Origin: an uncultured virus (IMG/VR IMGVR_UViG_3300028115_001312) | Taxonomy: Duplodnaviria > Heunggongvirae > Uroviricota > Caudoviricetes | IMG/VR virus record: IMGVR_UViG_3300028115_001312 | Span: 1 to 64,000 of that record | Direction: 5' to 3' (one strand) | DNA: 64,000 nucleotides | Part shown: positions 18,549 through 28,986 of the stretch, piece by piece | Layout of the letters: each line of letters opens with the position of its first letter | Position numbering within the stretch: the first letter of the stretch is position 1 | Program-made: the position numbers and the translations under genes | Notes under the pieces: model-generated | Seen by the model: only the letters and a program-made list of their open reading frames with translations | Database searches by the model: none | What the model was told of the DNA's origin: nothing

Positions 18549-19123
18549 TATATCCTCTTTACACCTGGGGTGTTAAGTGTTTTTGTAGTTTGTGATTCTT
18601 GTACTTTATTATCTACCTCTTTAGCCGCCGCCACTGCTGCAGCTAGTCCGCCTGAGGGTACTTTAGTTTTTGAAGTATTATCTATTACTCTATCAGGATT
18701 GTTTTCTACCATTTGTCCTACGTTTGTTCCTTGAACTGTTGGAGTAGGTTCTTCAACTGGTGTTGGAGTAGGTTGTACTGGAGGAGGTGGTGGTGGAGGA
18801 GTAGGAACTGTTGGTTGTATAGGAGCAGGTTCTGTTTTTACAGTTTGTGGCGGAGTCCAATCTTGCCAATCATCGTCAGCAGTAATACCTGTTCCTTCTG
18901 GAATGGCACTATCACTTGGCACCATAGTATTTAATTCATTGTATTCTCGCATAATTTGTTCACGACTCTTTACAATGTTGCCTGCAGGATCTATTTCGTC
19001 ACCACGTGCATTTACATTCATATTTCCTATTGCAGGAGCAGTTTCGTTTGCAAGTAATAATGCACCAAAGTCTACACTCTTGCCACTTGATGTTCTATAT
19101 GTTCTACCCGGCTTTCTTGCCAT
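18548..19123 (-). CDS. Hypothetical protein with Pro/Thr-rich linker
   Basis: GNMNVNARGD N-terminal block, poly-Pro middle region. Confidence 0.7.
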   Translation of the reverse strand: MARKPGRTYRTSSGKSVDFGALLLANETAPAIGNMNVNARGDEIDPAGNIVKSREQIMREYNELNTMVPSDSAIPEGTGITADDDWQDWTPPQTVKTEPAPIQPTVPTPPPPPPPVQPTPTPVEEPTPTVQGTNVGQMVENNPDRVIDNTSKTKVPSGGLAAAVAAAKEVDNKVQESQTTKTLNTPGVKRI

Positions 19124-19157
19124 TTTAGTCTCCTAATTATATACGTATATTATATAC

Positions 19158-19673
19158 TTATCTTAAAAATTCGTCAACATCTAAATCATAATAAATGCTA
19201 TCTATTTTATGAACACCTATTAGATAAAGCACGTAACTTGCTACACTTGATCCTCTGCCTACACCCCAGACAACGTCATTATCTCTCATTGTGTCCACTA
19301 GATATACCAAAAAGCATAATAATTTAAACATATCTCTTTGTTGATAAAGTAATAGCTCTTTGCCTACACGTTGTAGCTCTACGTCAGTTTTACACAAATC
19401 CAATAGATATTTTGCAATATCTAAATTTTTGTATTTGTCAGGCATGTTCCAATCGTCTTGATTTTGTTTATGGAACCGTTGTACATCTATATCTAACTCG
19501 CCCAATTGTTTAAGCATAGTATTATAGTGTAGTTTATTACAGGCGTTATTAAACTTAGATACGTCTTGTAAACATAGATTACTAATATCTAGTTGAGGAT
19601 TTGCATATAGCATCTCAACTGCTTGATCTTCATCTAATATTTGTCTTGAATAGTTATCAAGCATTATTGTCAT
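19158..19673 (-). CDS. Stand-alone fragment of DNA polymerase III alpha (DnaE)
   Basis: RV..EL...Y LVD..R...WGVGRGSSVASYVLYLIGVHKID; only 171 aa. Confidence 0.75.
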   Translation of the reverse strand: MTIMLDNYSRQILDEDQAVEMLYANPQLDISNLCLQDVSKFNNACNKLHYNTMLKQLGELDIDVQRFHKQNQDDWNMPDKYKNLDIAKYLLDLCKTDVELQRVGKELLLYQQRDMFKLLCFLVYLVDTMRDNDVVWGVGRGSSVASYVLYLIGVHKIDSIYYDLDVDEFLR

Positions 19674-20295
19674 TGTCTTTATCAGGTGGCTTCTTTTTGT
19701 ATTGTTTTAAATCTATTACTTTACCTTCAACTAAGTCTACACTCTTTTCATACTTAATGTCAATATCTGAATCTTCCCAACTTTGTTCAACTAGTTTAAG
19801 TCCTTCTTGTAATAGTAATACCTGAGGATGGGGTTTGTACCAATGTGTGATAATGTCAAGAGCTTCTTCATTATCTTTAAATAACTCATGAAGCACTTGT
19901 CCTCCTCCATCCTGATCACCAAAATTATGGCTTACTGTTCTACTTTGTAGACTATTGACTGTAATACTCTCTATAAAAAGTACTTCTTCACAAATTGCAG
20001 TAAGTTTAGTATACAAACACATTGCTACCATATGGTCCCAGGGTTCGTCTGGAAAAACATGAACCTGTGCTCTAAGTGGAATGTTGTTAAGTAGTTGTAA
20101 ATTTTTATATGAAACAAAAATACTGTTCTCTAAAACATCAAAAATATAGTATTGTATACGTTCTACTGCTTTTGTAAAAAAATCTTTGTCTTTTTGTCCA
20201 TTAGGATGAGCTTTAATTTCTATATTCCATGTATTAGGAAGTAAATAATCCTCTAGTACACAAGTACTGTTGAAAGTTTCTTTTATTATTATCAT
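19657..20295 (-). CDS. Hypothetical protein
   Basis: 212 aa ORF, operon-packed. Confidence 0.7.
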   Translation of the reverse strand: MIIIKETFNSTCVLEDYLLPNTWNIEIKAHPNGQKDKDFFTKAVERIQYYIFDVLENSIFVSYKNLQLLNNIPLRAQVHVFPDEPWDHMVAMCLYTKLTAICEEVLFIESITVNSLQSRTVSHNFGDQDGGGQVLHELFKDNEEALDIITHWYKPHPQVLLLQEGLKLVEQSWEDSDIDIKYEKSVDLVEGKVIDLKQYKKKPPDKDNDNNA

Positions 20296-20298
20296 TGA

Positions 20299-20544
20299 TT
20301 ATACATCGATTAACGAGTCCCAGTCTTTGCCTTTGTTATCTTTATTGTTTAATTTTTCGTATCTTTCGTGTTCTCTACGTTGTTGTTCTGCTTTGTAATC
20401 ATCTAACATCATATGTATTTGATTTACAACATGTCCATGGCCACTAGTATGTGCCCATACTAAACGTTTGTTTAGTTCATTTATCTTCTTTGTTAAATCA
20501 CTGTCTGATAATTCAAAAACATTAGGAGTTAGTGGATGGTTCAC
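20299..20544 (-). CDS. Hypothetical helical protein
   Basis: 81 aa; overlaps upstream stop (GTGA). Confidence 0.6.
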   Translation of the reverse strand: MNHPLTPNVFELSDSDLTKKINELNKRLVWAHTSGHGHVVNQIHMMLDDYKAEQQRREHERYEKLNNKDNKGKDWDSLIDV

Positions 20545-20714
20545 ATTTCACCTACCCTTCTTTTTTCACAATACATTAAAAAAGATCTCCAATTCCAATA
20601 TAATAAAAATGCACCAAATAAACTTAATACTGTAGGACTTAGTGTAATCTTAAGACTTATATACATTAATAATGCAAATATTCCACAAACCCAATGATCT
20701 TTTGTTGTAAGCAA
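20541..20714 (-). CDS. Small membrane protein, 57 aa
   Basis: Manual translation from TTG: MLTTKDHWVCGIFALLMYISLKITLSPTVLSLFGAFLLYWNW. Confidence 0.45.
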   Translation of the reverse strand: MLTTKDHWVCGIFALLMYISLKITLSPTVLSLFGAFLLYWNWRSFLMYCEKRRVGEM

Positions 20715-20717
20715 ATA

Positions 20718-21401
20718 CTATTCTCTATTTCCTAGTAGTGCTAATAACATTTGGAATAAGTTGATAAAATTAAGATATAAACTTAATGCAAACTGTACTC
20801 CGTATCTTTCATCGCCACCACATTCGTTATAAATTTGTTTAGCTCTTTGTGTGTCCCAGGCAGTCAAACCTGTAAATATAAGTACACCAATAATACTAAT
20901 TGCAAAATGTAATCCACTGCTTGCTAAGAAGATATTTACAATACTAGCAATTATTATTCCAATTAGTCCTATTATTAAAAAACTACCCATTGAAGTTAGA
21001 TCTTTTTTAGTACTATATCCATATATACTTGCACCAGCAAAAGTTGCACTTGTAATGAAGAAAACTTGAACTAAACTATAGGCAGTATAAACTGCAAATA
21101 ATGCACTTAATCCTATACCCATTACGGCAGTAAATGCATAGTAAAAGTTCTTTGTAGTAGATAGTTCCCAATTACGTCCTGCAAAACTATACCAAAAAAT
21201 CATACCCAATGGTGCTAACATTACTACCCATGCTAGTGGACCACTCATTAATGAGTATACTAATCCTGTTGCATAAACAAAATAAGCAACAACACCACTT
21301 ACTGCTAATCCCATAGCAGTGTGGTTAAACATATTCAACATAAATTTACGTAAACCTTCATCATACTGATAACTAGTTGTCGCATATGCTGATCTATTCA
21401 T
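20718..21401 (-). CDS. Bax inhibitor-1/YccA family membrane protein
   Basis: DEGLR.FM, TKKDLTS.G, FTGLTAWDTQ, ALSLYLNFINLF. Confidence 0.9.
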   Translation of the reverse strand: MNRSAYATTSYQYDEGLRKFMLNMFNHTAMGLAVSGVVAYFVYATGLVYSLMSGPLAWVVMLAPLGMIFWYSFAGRNWELSTTKNFYYAFTAVMGIGLSALFAVYTAYSLVQVFFITSATFAGASIYGYSTKKDLTSMGSFLIIGLIGIIIASIVNIFLASSGLHFAISIIGVLIFTGLTAWDTQRAKQIYNECGGDERYGVQFALSLYLNFINLFQMLLALLGNRE

Positions 21402-21808
21402 TATAAATCTCCGTCTTTTCTATTCTCACTATAGAAAGCATCAAAACTACCACCTGGGTAACGTGCTTCTAACTTTTTAACATTTTCTGCTATTACTTCG
21501 TTTGGATCAAGATTCAATGCACGGCATGAATTTATCCAATACCACATAATATCACCTAGTTCTCTTTTAGCATGATACTGTGTTTCTTCGTTAAGTGGTT
21601 TGCCTTGAAATATACACTTCTTTACAATTTCCATAAACTCACCACCTTCTGCACTGATACCTACTGCACCAGTCAGTAGTAAACTTACATTTACACCACT
21701 GTCTTCAAGATTGTCTACCGCAGTTTTCATGTCACCCACATTGTTGGATTCAGCACTTGTAACTGCTTGTACGAATTCTTTGTATTTGTTTAAATCGATT
21801 TGTTTCAT
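21401..21808 (-). CDS. MazG-like NTP pyrophosphohydrolase
   Basis: EGGEFMEIVKK, ELGDIMWY, N..KL..RYP. Confidence 0.88.
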   Translation of the reverse strand: MKQIDLNKYKEFVQAVTSAESNNVGDMKTAVDNLEDSGVNVSLLLTGAVGISAEGGEFMEIVKKCIFQGKPLNEETQYHAKRELGDIMWYWINSCRALNLDPNEVIAENVKKLEARYPGGSFDAFYSENRKDGDL

Positions 21809-21832
21809 TTATACCTCTAATAATAAGTTTAT

Positions 21833-21860
21833 ATTATAGCAGATATAATTTAATAGTCAA
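21833..21860 (-). promoter_or_regulatory. sigma70-type promoter
   Basis: TTGACT-N16-TATAAT with TG extension. Confidence 0.6.
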
Positions 21861-21863
21861 CTG

Positions 21864-22592
21864 TTAAATTGCTTGTAGAACTAATTTTTTCCAAATAACT
21901 GTAGAACCATCATATGTACCTGTACAAACATACAAGTTTGTAGCATCTGCGGCAATATCACCTGCAGCATCACCAGCTTGGCCTGCAGCAGTTGCAGTTC
22001 TAACTTCTATGGCTCTATTGTTTCTGAGGCAATCTATTACTGCAATACTTGTACCTGCATCATCAGTTACAAATTCAAATATATGAACACCTGTTCTATC
22101 CGGAGTAATTACACGAGCACCATTTGAACCAATTAATTGATCTTGTCCTATATCTACTGCACTTGGTAATGTAATAGTATGAGCTACACTTGCCACGTTT
22201 ATTTCAACTCTAAGTGTACCAACTTTTCCTGAAGCAGGAAAGTTACTAAATGCTAGAGTGACACTACCACTAGTTGTAAGTGTTTGGTACGGGCCTGCAC
22301 TAAAATCAAATGTTTGAGTACCTGAAACTGTGCCTTTAGCAATACGTGTTTCGCTTATGTCTTTAAGTTCAAAATCTTCAAGCACTGCACCTGCACCGTC
22401 GTTGCTTAGTGAGTCTCCACTTAACGCACTCTTTAGTACTGCTTTTGCTTCTAAGTCTGTTATCTCTGATTTAGCAGTATCAAGTGCAGTTTTTAAATTT
22501 GTAAAATTATCACGAAAGCCTTGACTATCGTTGTCCTGTCCTGCTACTGGATATGCTGTATCAATACCTGTTGTTACAATTGAACTTGCCAT
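21864..22592 (-). CDS. Putative virion structural (tail/baseplate) protein
   Basis: YPVAGQDNDSQGFRDNF N-terminus, coiled coil, beta-rich body; structural gene cluster. Confidence 0.6.
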   Translation of the reverse strand: MASSIVTTGIDTAYPVAGQDNDSQGFRDNFTNLKTALDTAKSEITDLEAKAVLKSALSGDSLSNDGAGAVLEDFELKDISETRIAKGTVSGTQTFDFSAGPYQTLTTSGSVTLAFSNFPASGKVGTLRVEINVASVAHTITLPSAVDIGQDQLIGSNGARVITPDRTGVHIFEFVTDDAGTSIAVIDCLRNNRAIEVRTATAAGQAGDAAGDIAADATNLYVCTGTYDGSTVIWKKLVLQAI

Positions 22593-22628
22593 TATCTTTT
22601 TTCTCCGTCTTGGAAATTATGTATATAT

Positions 22629-25169
22629 TTATCTTTCAGTATAAGGCAACCTATCAAAAACTCCAACTTGTGGAAACTTGATATATAAATCGCCTTCATC
22701 TTTGTCTGTATACGTATCTATTGTTGCAAAAAATCTTGTACCATCACCATCAAATGAAGTTACTGTTGTAGTTACATCAAAACTAGTTTCAGAAGTAGAA
22801 GTAAACATATTAGAAGTTTTATCAAAATTTTTGGATAAGTTATTATCTAATATAAATCTATCTATTTCAAAACTTATCTTTTTAATGTCTAAATTATCAT
22901 TTTTAATTCGTTCTTCTAACCTGTATTTTATTTTATCTGCAGTCCCTGGTTTACAATATACAACAGGTGCTGCCAATGTCCAACCTAAAACTGTATCGTC
23001 AGTCTGTTTATCCTGCATCCAATTTGGAAGAACTTTACGTTCTAATATTTGATGACCTATTCCTGTTCCTAATCTGCTTCTCATATTTTCTATACTATTA
23101 GGATAAGCAAAGTACATATTGTCCTGAGATGCAAGATATTGACTATGACTGACATCAGGCATTGTTTCACTTACATGAAATGGATTTGTCCAGGTAGTTG
23201 CACTACGTAGATCCTGTCTTAACGCAGGACTATCACTAAGTCCTGTAGTTGGATTTACCCCTTGCATATTATCTACTAATTCTATATATACTATTTCATA
23301 TTTTACAGTATCATCTGAATTAAGTGCTCTTGCAGTTTTAAACCCTCCAAAACGTAATGTATTATTGTAAAAGTTTCTATTCATTGCACTTATATAATCT
23401 GTTTCATTACTAGGAGTAAGTCCTGTAATTATTAATGATCTTATATCTGTTTGTACACCAAAAGCATAATCACTTATTCTGTAAATATCTTGTGTAGGGA
23501 TATCATCACTATTTTGTATTATACTCTCATAAATTTCTCTTTGTGATTGGCTAGGCAATGCTAGTGCATATACACTATCATAAGGCCTATCTGTATCTGC
23601 AGTAAGTGTAATTGTAAACTTTTTATATGTATCTACACTACCATCAGTACTGAATACTCTTGCTACAAAACTATAAACAGATTCAAATGTTGTTTCGTTT
23701 GTGTATAGATCTTCTAAATCAAAAGTAGTTGTACCTGTATCGAACATTAATGTTTCGAAACTTACTCTACCTACTATAAATCCATCACTGTTTAATTTTA
23801 AACCCTGTGGAAGTTTGTTTGTTCCTAAACTTGCAGTACCTGTGCCTGATCCTATTCCTGTTGCAGTAAATTTTGTTCCTACTTTGTTATCAAAACTTCC
23901 TATTGCAATAAAATCTGTAGTACCGGCAGTTACTATTGTATATTCTTCACCTACTACAAAATTTCCTGCAGGTATAGTTGTAACACCACTTTTTAATTCA
24001 TATTGTACAGGTGTCCCATCACTTATTGTAGCAATTACGTCTAGTTGACTTTGCTCTCCTGTCTTTATAGTTAAGTTGTTACTAGGCCATGTAATATTAC
24101 TTACTTCTGATCCTACAACAGTAATTGTAAAACTTGTCTCGGTACTAATATATTCTGTTAAATCTCGTTTTTGTACTTTTATACCAAAGGTAAAATTTGT
24201 TTCAATAGCACTAAAACTTGGAATTGTACCTGTTAACCAGCCACTTTGACTGTTAAGAGATAGTCCTGTTGGTAATGATCCGCTTGAAAGTATATAATCA
24301 ATAGTATCGCCATCAAAGTCTTTGCCTAAAAATTGGAAATTAAAGACATTATTATCTTTGATGCGTCCTAGTCCTGTACTTTGTGTTAGTAATGCAGGAA
24401 CTCTTAAATTTGTTTCACTTGCATCTAATAATTGACTTATGTCAATGTTTGTATTTGAATCATTAATATTATCTGCAGTTACTAAGTCCATATCTGCAGT
24501 AACGGCGTTTCTACTTACTGCATATAACGTATATGTTTTGAAATCTACATCTTTGCCATCAGTAACTTGTACAGTAAATTCATAATTTTTGTTTATTGCT
24601 TTCGTTCTAAAATCCCACTCACTCATATCAAAGTTTGTATCATCAAAACCTGGTGTACCATCTATATCAGCAAAAGGATCTATATATCCGTAAATTCTGC
24701 CTGTGCTAGAAACTGTAACACCACTAGGTATTTGACCACTTTGTAATGACCAAGTTAGTGTATCTAGAGGATCTGGATCTGTAGCAGTTAGTTGTACATC
24801 TACTAACTCACCATCTAAGTATGCGCCTAAATTACTTGCAGGTGTCGAATCAATTGTGGGAGCATCCTGTCCAGTGACAGTCATCTCAAAAACACGATCT
24901 GCAACTGTGCCATCTAAACTTACTGCTCTAACAACAAATTTACTAGTGACGTCTTTTGCTACTTCTGCTGGCACACCCTGTATATAATCATAGTTTTTAG
25001 GATTGCCTTCAATAACACCATTTGTAGTAACTCTTATACCTACAGGAAGAACGCCACTAAGGTATTTGTAACTATTTGCATTGTCTGCATTAAGTTGAAT
25101 TTGATAGAATTCGCCTTCTACTACTGTGCCCAAATCGCCTGGTGGTGTGATCCATACTGGAGCCGCCAT
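22629..25169 (-). CDS. Large Ig/cadherin-repeat structural protein (baseplate wedge-like)
   Basis: Repeated SG.LP.GL.L...G.I.G putative-Ig motifs; 846 aa. Confidence 0.7.
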   Translation of the reverse strand: MAAPVWITPPGDLGTVVEGEFYQIQLNADNANSYKYLSGVLPVGIRVTTNGVIEGNPKNYDYIQGVPAEVAKDVTSKFVVRAVSLDGTVADRVFEMTVTGQDAPTIDSTPASNLGAYLDGELVDVQLTATDPDPLDTLTWSLQSGQIPSGVTVSSTGRIYGYIDPFADIDGTPGFDDTNFDMSEWDFRTKAINKNYEFTVQVTDGKDVDFKTYTLYAVSRNAVTADMDLVTADNINDSNTNIDISQLLDASETNLRVPALLTQSTGLGRIKDNNVFNFQFLGKDFDGDTIDYILSSGSLPTGLSLNSQSGWLTGTIPSFSAIETNFTFGIKVQKRDLTEYISTETSFTITVVGSEVSNITWPSNNLTIKTGEQSQLDVIATISDGTPVQYELKSGVTTIPAGNFVVGEEYTIVTAGTTDFIAIGSFDNKVGTKFTATGIGSGTGTASLGTNKLPQGLKLNSDGFIVGRVSFETLMFDTGTTTFDLEDLYTNETTFESVYSFVARVFSTDGSVDTYKKFTITLTADTDRPYDSVYALALPSQSQREIYESIIQNSDDIPTQDIYRISDYAFGVQTDIRSLIITGLTPSNETDYISAMNRNFYNNTLRFGGFKTARALNSDDTVKYEIVYIELVDNMQGVNPTTGLSDSPALRQDLRSATTWTNPFHVSETMPDVSHSQYLASQDNMYFAYPNSIENMRSRLGTGIGHQILERKVLPNWMQDKQTDDTVLGWTLAAPVVYCKPGTADKIKYRLEERIKNDNLDIKKISFEIDRFILDNNLSKNFDKTSNMFTSTSETSFDVTTTVTSFDGDGTRFFATIDTYTDKDEGDLYIKFPQVGVFDRLPYTER

Positions 25170-25200
25170 ACTATATACTCCTCGTTATACAGTATTTATC

Positions 25201-26061
25201 TTACGGTGCTGACGATTTATATGGGTGATCAACTGGTAAGTTGGCGGTTAAGCCCCATTTGTGAGCAAGATAACCTTCTGCTTTTTCAAAATCTGTTATG
25301 TCTGTGCCGCCTGTACCCGGAATGGCAGCAACACAAAAAAATTCTGCTACTCTGCCATCCAGTCTCTCGTTAGCCCTGTTACGCATGATTCTCACGTCTT
25401 GGTCAGTGTTGATTGAGTTGTCGTAGTCGTTCACAGGAGTAAATGCGTTTGAACCATCTACCCTGGCGGCGATTTGGTTACCAGTTTTGTTAAATATAGT
25501 GCCTACCAGATGAAATGCGTCAAGGCTGACTGCTGAGTCAAAGGCTTCGAGGTTACCTATGGTTGATGAAATTCTGTTTGAACTTAATCCATCTAGGTCT
25601 AACTCACCGTTGAATGCACTGGCGTTACCAGAACTGACAGCATAGCCTCTTTTGCTGGTTGCTGCTACTGTGTTGTTTGTAAAACTGTAGAAACTGTCCT
25701 GCGTGTCATTTACGGTGTCCGCCAGAAACACGCCTATGGCCCAGTGATTACCACTGGATGCTACTGCCTGTTCGTCTGATGTAGTAAAGTCCTCACCAGA
25801 TCCGCTAAAGTCCCATACGTTAAGACTGTTTAATCCACTGGTAACTCTGGTTGGTGTACCGTTGACTGTGATTGAGAAATTACTTGCCTTGTCGGTGACT
25901 GCTGTAACTGTGCTACCACTCAATGTATAACTGCCTGTGTCTGAGGCATCTATCCAAAATGCAGTAGTTATATCTGTTGAAGGATCCCACGCCGCACCAC
26001 TGTAAGCAGTTGATCTACGTCCTGCAAAAAAACTACCGTTTACTGTTCCAATTATTGGCAT
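25201..26061 (-). CDS. LamG/concanavalin-like beta-sandwich protein, candidate receptor-binding module
   Basis: FWIDASD...DK, G.VAEF, EGYLAHKWGL...LP..HPY pattern. Confidence 0.6.
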   Translation of the reverse strand: MPIIGTVNGSFFAGRRSTAYSGAAWDPSTDITTAFWIDASDTGSYTLSGSTVTAVTDKASNFSITVNGTPTRVTSGLNSLNVWDFSGSGEDFTTSDEQAVASSGNHWAIGVFLADTVNDTQDSFYSFTNNTVAATSKRGYAVSSGNASAFNGELDLDGLSSNRISSTIGNLEAFDSAVSLDAFHLVGTIFNKTGNQIAARVDGSNAFTPVNDYDNSINTDQDVRIMRNRANERLDGRVAEFFCVAAIPGTGGTDITDFEKAEGYLAHKWGLTANLPVDHPYKSSAP

Positions 26062-28976
26062 TATGTAAAGTCTACCATCTGTCCAAGAACAACATAAGAA
26101 CCGCCATCATTTAGTATTGTAAATGAAAAACTATCAATACCGTTAGCATTTCCTGTAGGTGCTGAACCACCTTGCCAGTTTAGTGTTTGTGCCGCACCAC
26201 CTATTTGAACAGCAGTAATTTCGTAAGGTGTGCCACCTTGATTAATTATTACTGTTAGGTTTGTGGCATATTCTTGAGTAAGTGTTAAATTTGTAAAGTT
26301 TGCAGTTATATCACCACTTGCACCTGTAAGATAATGTATATGTCCAGTACTACAATCTAAAGCAGTAACACCTGTTGCACCTGTTGTTGTTTCAAACTTT
26401 TCTTCAATGCCTTCATTAATCTGTATTGGTGCTCTGAAAACAATTTGTCCGGTACCATTAGCATCAAGTGTAAGGTCATCATTACTTCTATCTGAACTTA
26501 TATTGTTGTCTACAATCTGTATACCATCTGTGTTTAAACTGCCACTAACAGTAATACTTGTTACACCTGAGATATCATCTGCTAAACTAAATGATAATGC
26601 ACTACCGGCGGCATTGACATCAATTTCATTTGTTGTACCTAGTGCCTGTAGTGTATCTCCTACACCAATGCTTCCTGAGCCTGTGTTACCAGCAGTTGCT
26701 ATTGCACCTTGTGAATTAGTATCAACATAATCTTTTACTGCTGCCGATGTAGGTAAAGTTGTATCATTGTCGTTACTTCCAATACCTTCACTTTCAATAA
26801 CTATTGCCGCCGCTTTAAAATCTGCAACATCAATATTACTAATACTATTTCCTGTACCTTCAACATCAAATGTTTTATTAGTAAATGTCATCGAATCAGA
26901 AGCAACATTTCCTGTTTCCGTATCAACATATGCTTTAATACTTTGTTGTGTTGCAAGTTGTGTATCACTATCACTTGCAAAATTATCTTCATCAAGGATT
27001 GCAGTACCACTTACACCAGTATTAATAACTGGACTTGTTAATGTTTTGTTTGTTAATGTTTGTGTACCAGAATCTGACACTAAAGTTGCGTCACCATTTC
27101 CAATTGTAGTACCACCTGGTAATGTTAATGTATTTGTAGCACCTGCTGAATGAGGTTGAGAAGCAATTACTTGGCCATGTGAATTAACATGACAATTTAA
27201 TTGTAATTGACCAACTACTGATGAACCATCACCTCTAACTTCAACAATATTGGTTGCTGGTTCTAAAATAATGTTACCTGAAGCACTTGTTGTAGTGCCA
27301 CCGACAATAGGTGATGTCAAGGTTTTGTTTGTTAGTGTTTGTGTATCTGTTAATGTTGCTACAGTTGAATCAATAGAAATGTCATCTGCGTTTGCATCAA
27401 TACCTGTACCGCCAACCACATTTAATGTTACTGCACCAGATACTCCACCACCAGTTAAACCATCACCTGCAGTAACCGAAGTTATATCTCCACTAGCAGT
27501 TATTTGTGAATCCACATATGCTTTGATACTCTGCTGAGTAGCAAGATGAACAGCACTGTCACTTGCCATATTATCTTCATCTAGTACGCCTGTGCCTGTT
27601 ACTGTTCCGTTTATATTGATACTTCCTGTACCACTTGATGAAAGTATTAGATCATCATTAGTTCTATTTGCACTAATATTATTGTCTACAAGTGTTAAGC
27701 CGTCTGTAGTTATAGTATCAAAGTCAGTGGAACCTGTAAATGTTCCAACTAAATTTGTTGCAGTTACAGTTCCAGTTATATTAATATCACCTGTGCCTGT
27801 GATATCGTTACCATTTAAATCTAAATTACCGCCTAGTTGTGGGGTTGTGTCTTCAACAATACTTGTTATTGCTCCACCACCGCCTGCATTGGCTTCTAAT
27901 CTTATAGTACCTGATGCATCATCATACGTTAAAACATAGTTGTCCTGACTAGATCCTACTACTTGATCTGCATCAAAAACTAAATTTCCTAATGCTACGT
28001 TTCCTGTACCGTTTGGTATTAAATTAATATTATCATTACTACGAGAACCTTGTATGTTATTATCTACAATAGTTAATCCATCTGTAGTAATGGTATCAAA
28101 GTCACTTGACCCAGAAACAGTTAACCCACCATTTAATGTAGTATCACCAGCAACTATAAAAGTTCCTGTTCCTTGTGGATTTATAGTTATGTCACTATTA
28201 GTTGATATACTTTGAATAGTATTACTAATTGTTTGTAAACCACCAATCTCTGAACTTGTGCCTGTGTATGTAGTTGCAAAAACATCTCTATAATATTTTG
28301 TAGTACTTCCTATATCAAATGTGTTATGTGTATTGGGTATTAAGTTACTGTTTAAATCTGCATTAATGCTAATACTGTCAGTGGTAGCATCACCTATTGT
28401 AATGTTTCCACCAATAGTAACATCACCACTTGCATCTAAGTCTGTTACATATGCAGTTGCAAATCTTAGTGAACTAGATCCTAAATTATAAGTTGCAGTT
28501 GCATCTGGAACAATACTGCTGTCAATGCGTCCTGTAATTGTAACTGTATCTGCACTACTATCACCTAAGTCTACTGTACCATTTGCGACAAACGCACCTG
28601 ATACTGTAATACTACTAGGAGTAAATGCACCTGCAGTCATTGAACCATCAACGATTATATCGCCATCTATGTTTGCATTGCCATCTACTTGTAGGGTAGC
28701 ACCTCTAATTTGTCCTGTTGCTACTGTGTCTCCACGAAATAAACTATCTCCTTCAACTTCTACTTTACCAGTGCCATTAGGGTCTAAAATAATATTTGTA
28801 TTGGTATTGTCAGTTGTTATCTTATTAGAAGTTAATTTAAGTTCACTTAGACTATCGCCGCCTATTTCGTTGTAAACTTCTGTAAAGTTTTCATTTACCT
28901 TTACAAAAGCAGCACGTAGACTATCACCTGTGCCGTCGTCACTAGCAGTACCTACATTAATAGTTTGCTTGCTCAT
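26061..28976 (-). CDS. Long repetitive tail fibre/baseplate-associated protein
   Basis: N-terminal DGTGDSLRAAF.K.N.NF (T4 gp9/gp10-like anchor); internal repeats DNNI...ND....NGTG, ATQQSIKAYVD, TQTLTNKTLTSP. Confidence 0.75.
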   Translation of the reverse strand: MSKQTINVGTASDDGTGDSLRAAFVKVNENFTEVYNEIGGDSLSELKLTSNKITTDNTNTNIILDPNGTGKVEVEGDSLFRGDTVATGQIRGATLQVDGNANIDGDIIVDGSMTAGAFTPSSITVSGAFVANGTVDLGDSSADTVTITGRIDSSIVPDATATYNLGSSSLRFATAYVTDLDASGDVTIGGNITIGDATTDSISINADLNSNLIPNTHNTFDIGSTTKYYRDVFATTYTGTSSEIGGLQTISNTIQSISTNSDITINPQGTGTFIVAGDTTLNGGLTVSGSSDFDTITTDGLTIVDNNIQGSRSNDNINLIPNGTGNVALGNLVFDADQVVGSSQDNYVLTYDDASGTIRLEANAGGGGAITSIVEDTTPQLGGNLDLNGNDITGTGDINITGTVTATNLVGTFTGSTDFDTITTDGLTLVDNNISANRTNDDLILSSSGTGSININGTVTGTGVLDEDNMASDSAVHLATQQSIKAYVDSQITASGDITSVTAGDGLTGGGVSGAVTLNVVGGTGIDANADDISIDSTVATLTDTQTLTNKTLTSPIVGGTTTSASGNIILEPATNIVEVRGDGSSVVGQLQLNCHVNSHGQVIASQPHSAGATNTLTLPGGTTIGNGDATLVSDSGTQTLTNKTLTSPVINTGVSGTAILDEDNFASDSDTQLATQQSIKAYVDTETGNVASDSMTFTNKTFDVEGTGNSISNIDVADFKAAAIVIESEGIGSNDNDTTLPTSAAVKDYVDTNSQGAIATAGNTGSGSIGVGDTLQALGTTNEIDVNAAGSALSFSLADDISGVTSITVSGSLNTDGIQIVDNNISSDRSNDDLTLDANGTGQIVFRAPIQINEGIEEKFETTTGATGVTALDCSTGHIHYLTGASGDITANFTNLTLTQEYATNLTVIINQGGTPYEITAVQIGGAAQTLNWQGGSAPTGNANGIDSFSFTILNDGGSYVVLGQMVDFT

Positions 28977-28986
28977 GTACTACTCC

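Noticed and set aside
18740..18830. GGA/GGT-rich repeat tract
   Set aside because: Encodes the poly-Pro/Thr linker of the 18548-19123 protein.
26407..28875. Several 95-128 aa plus-strand ORFs
   Set aside because: Antisense to the Gly/Thr-rich fibre gene; expected from its codon bias.
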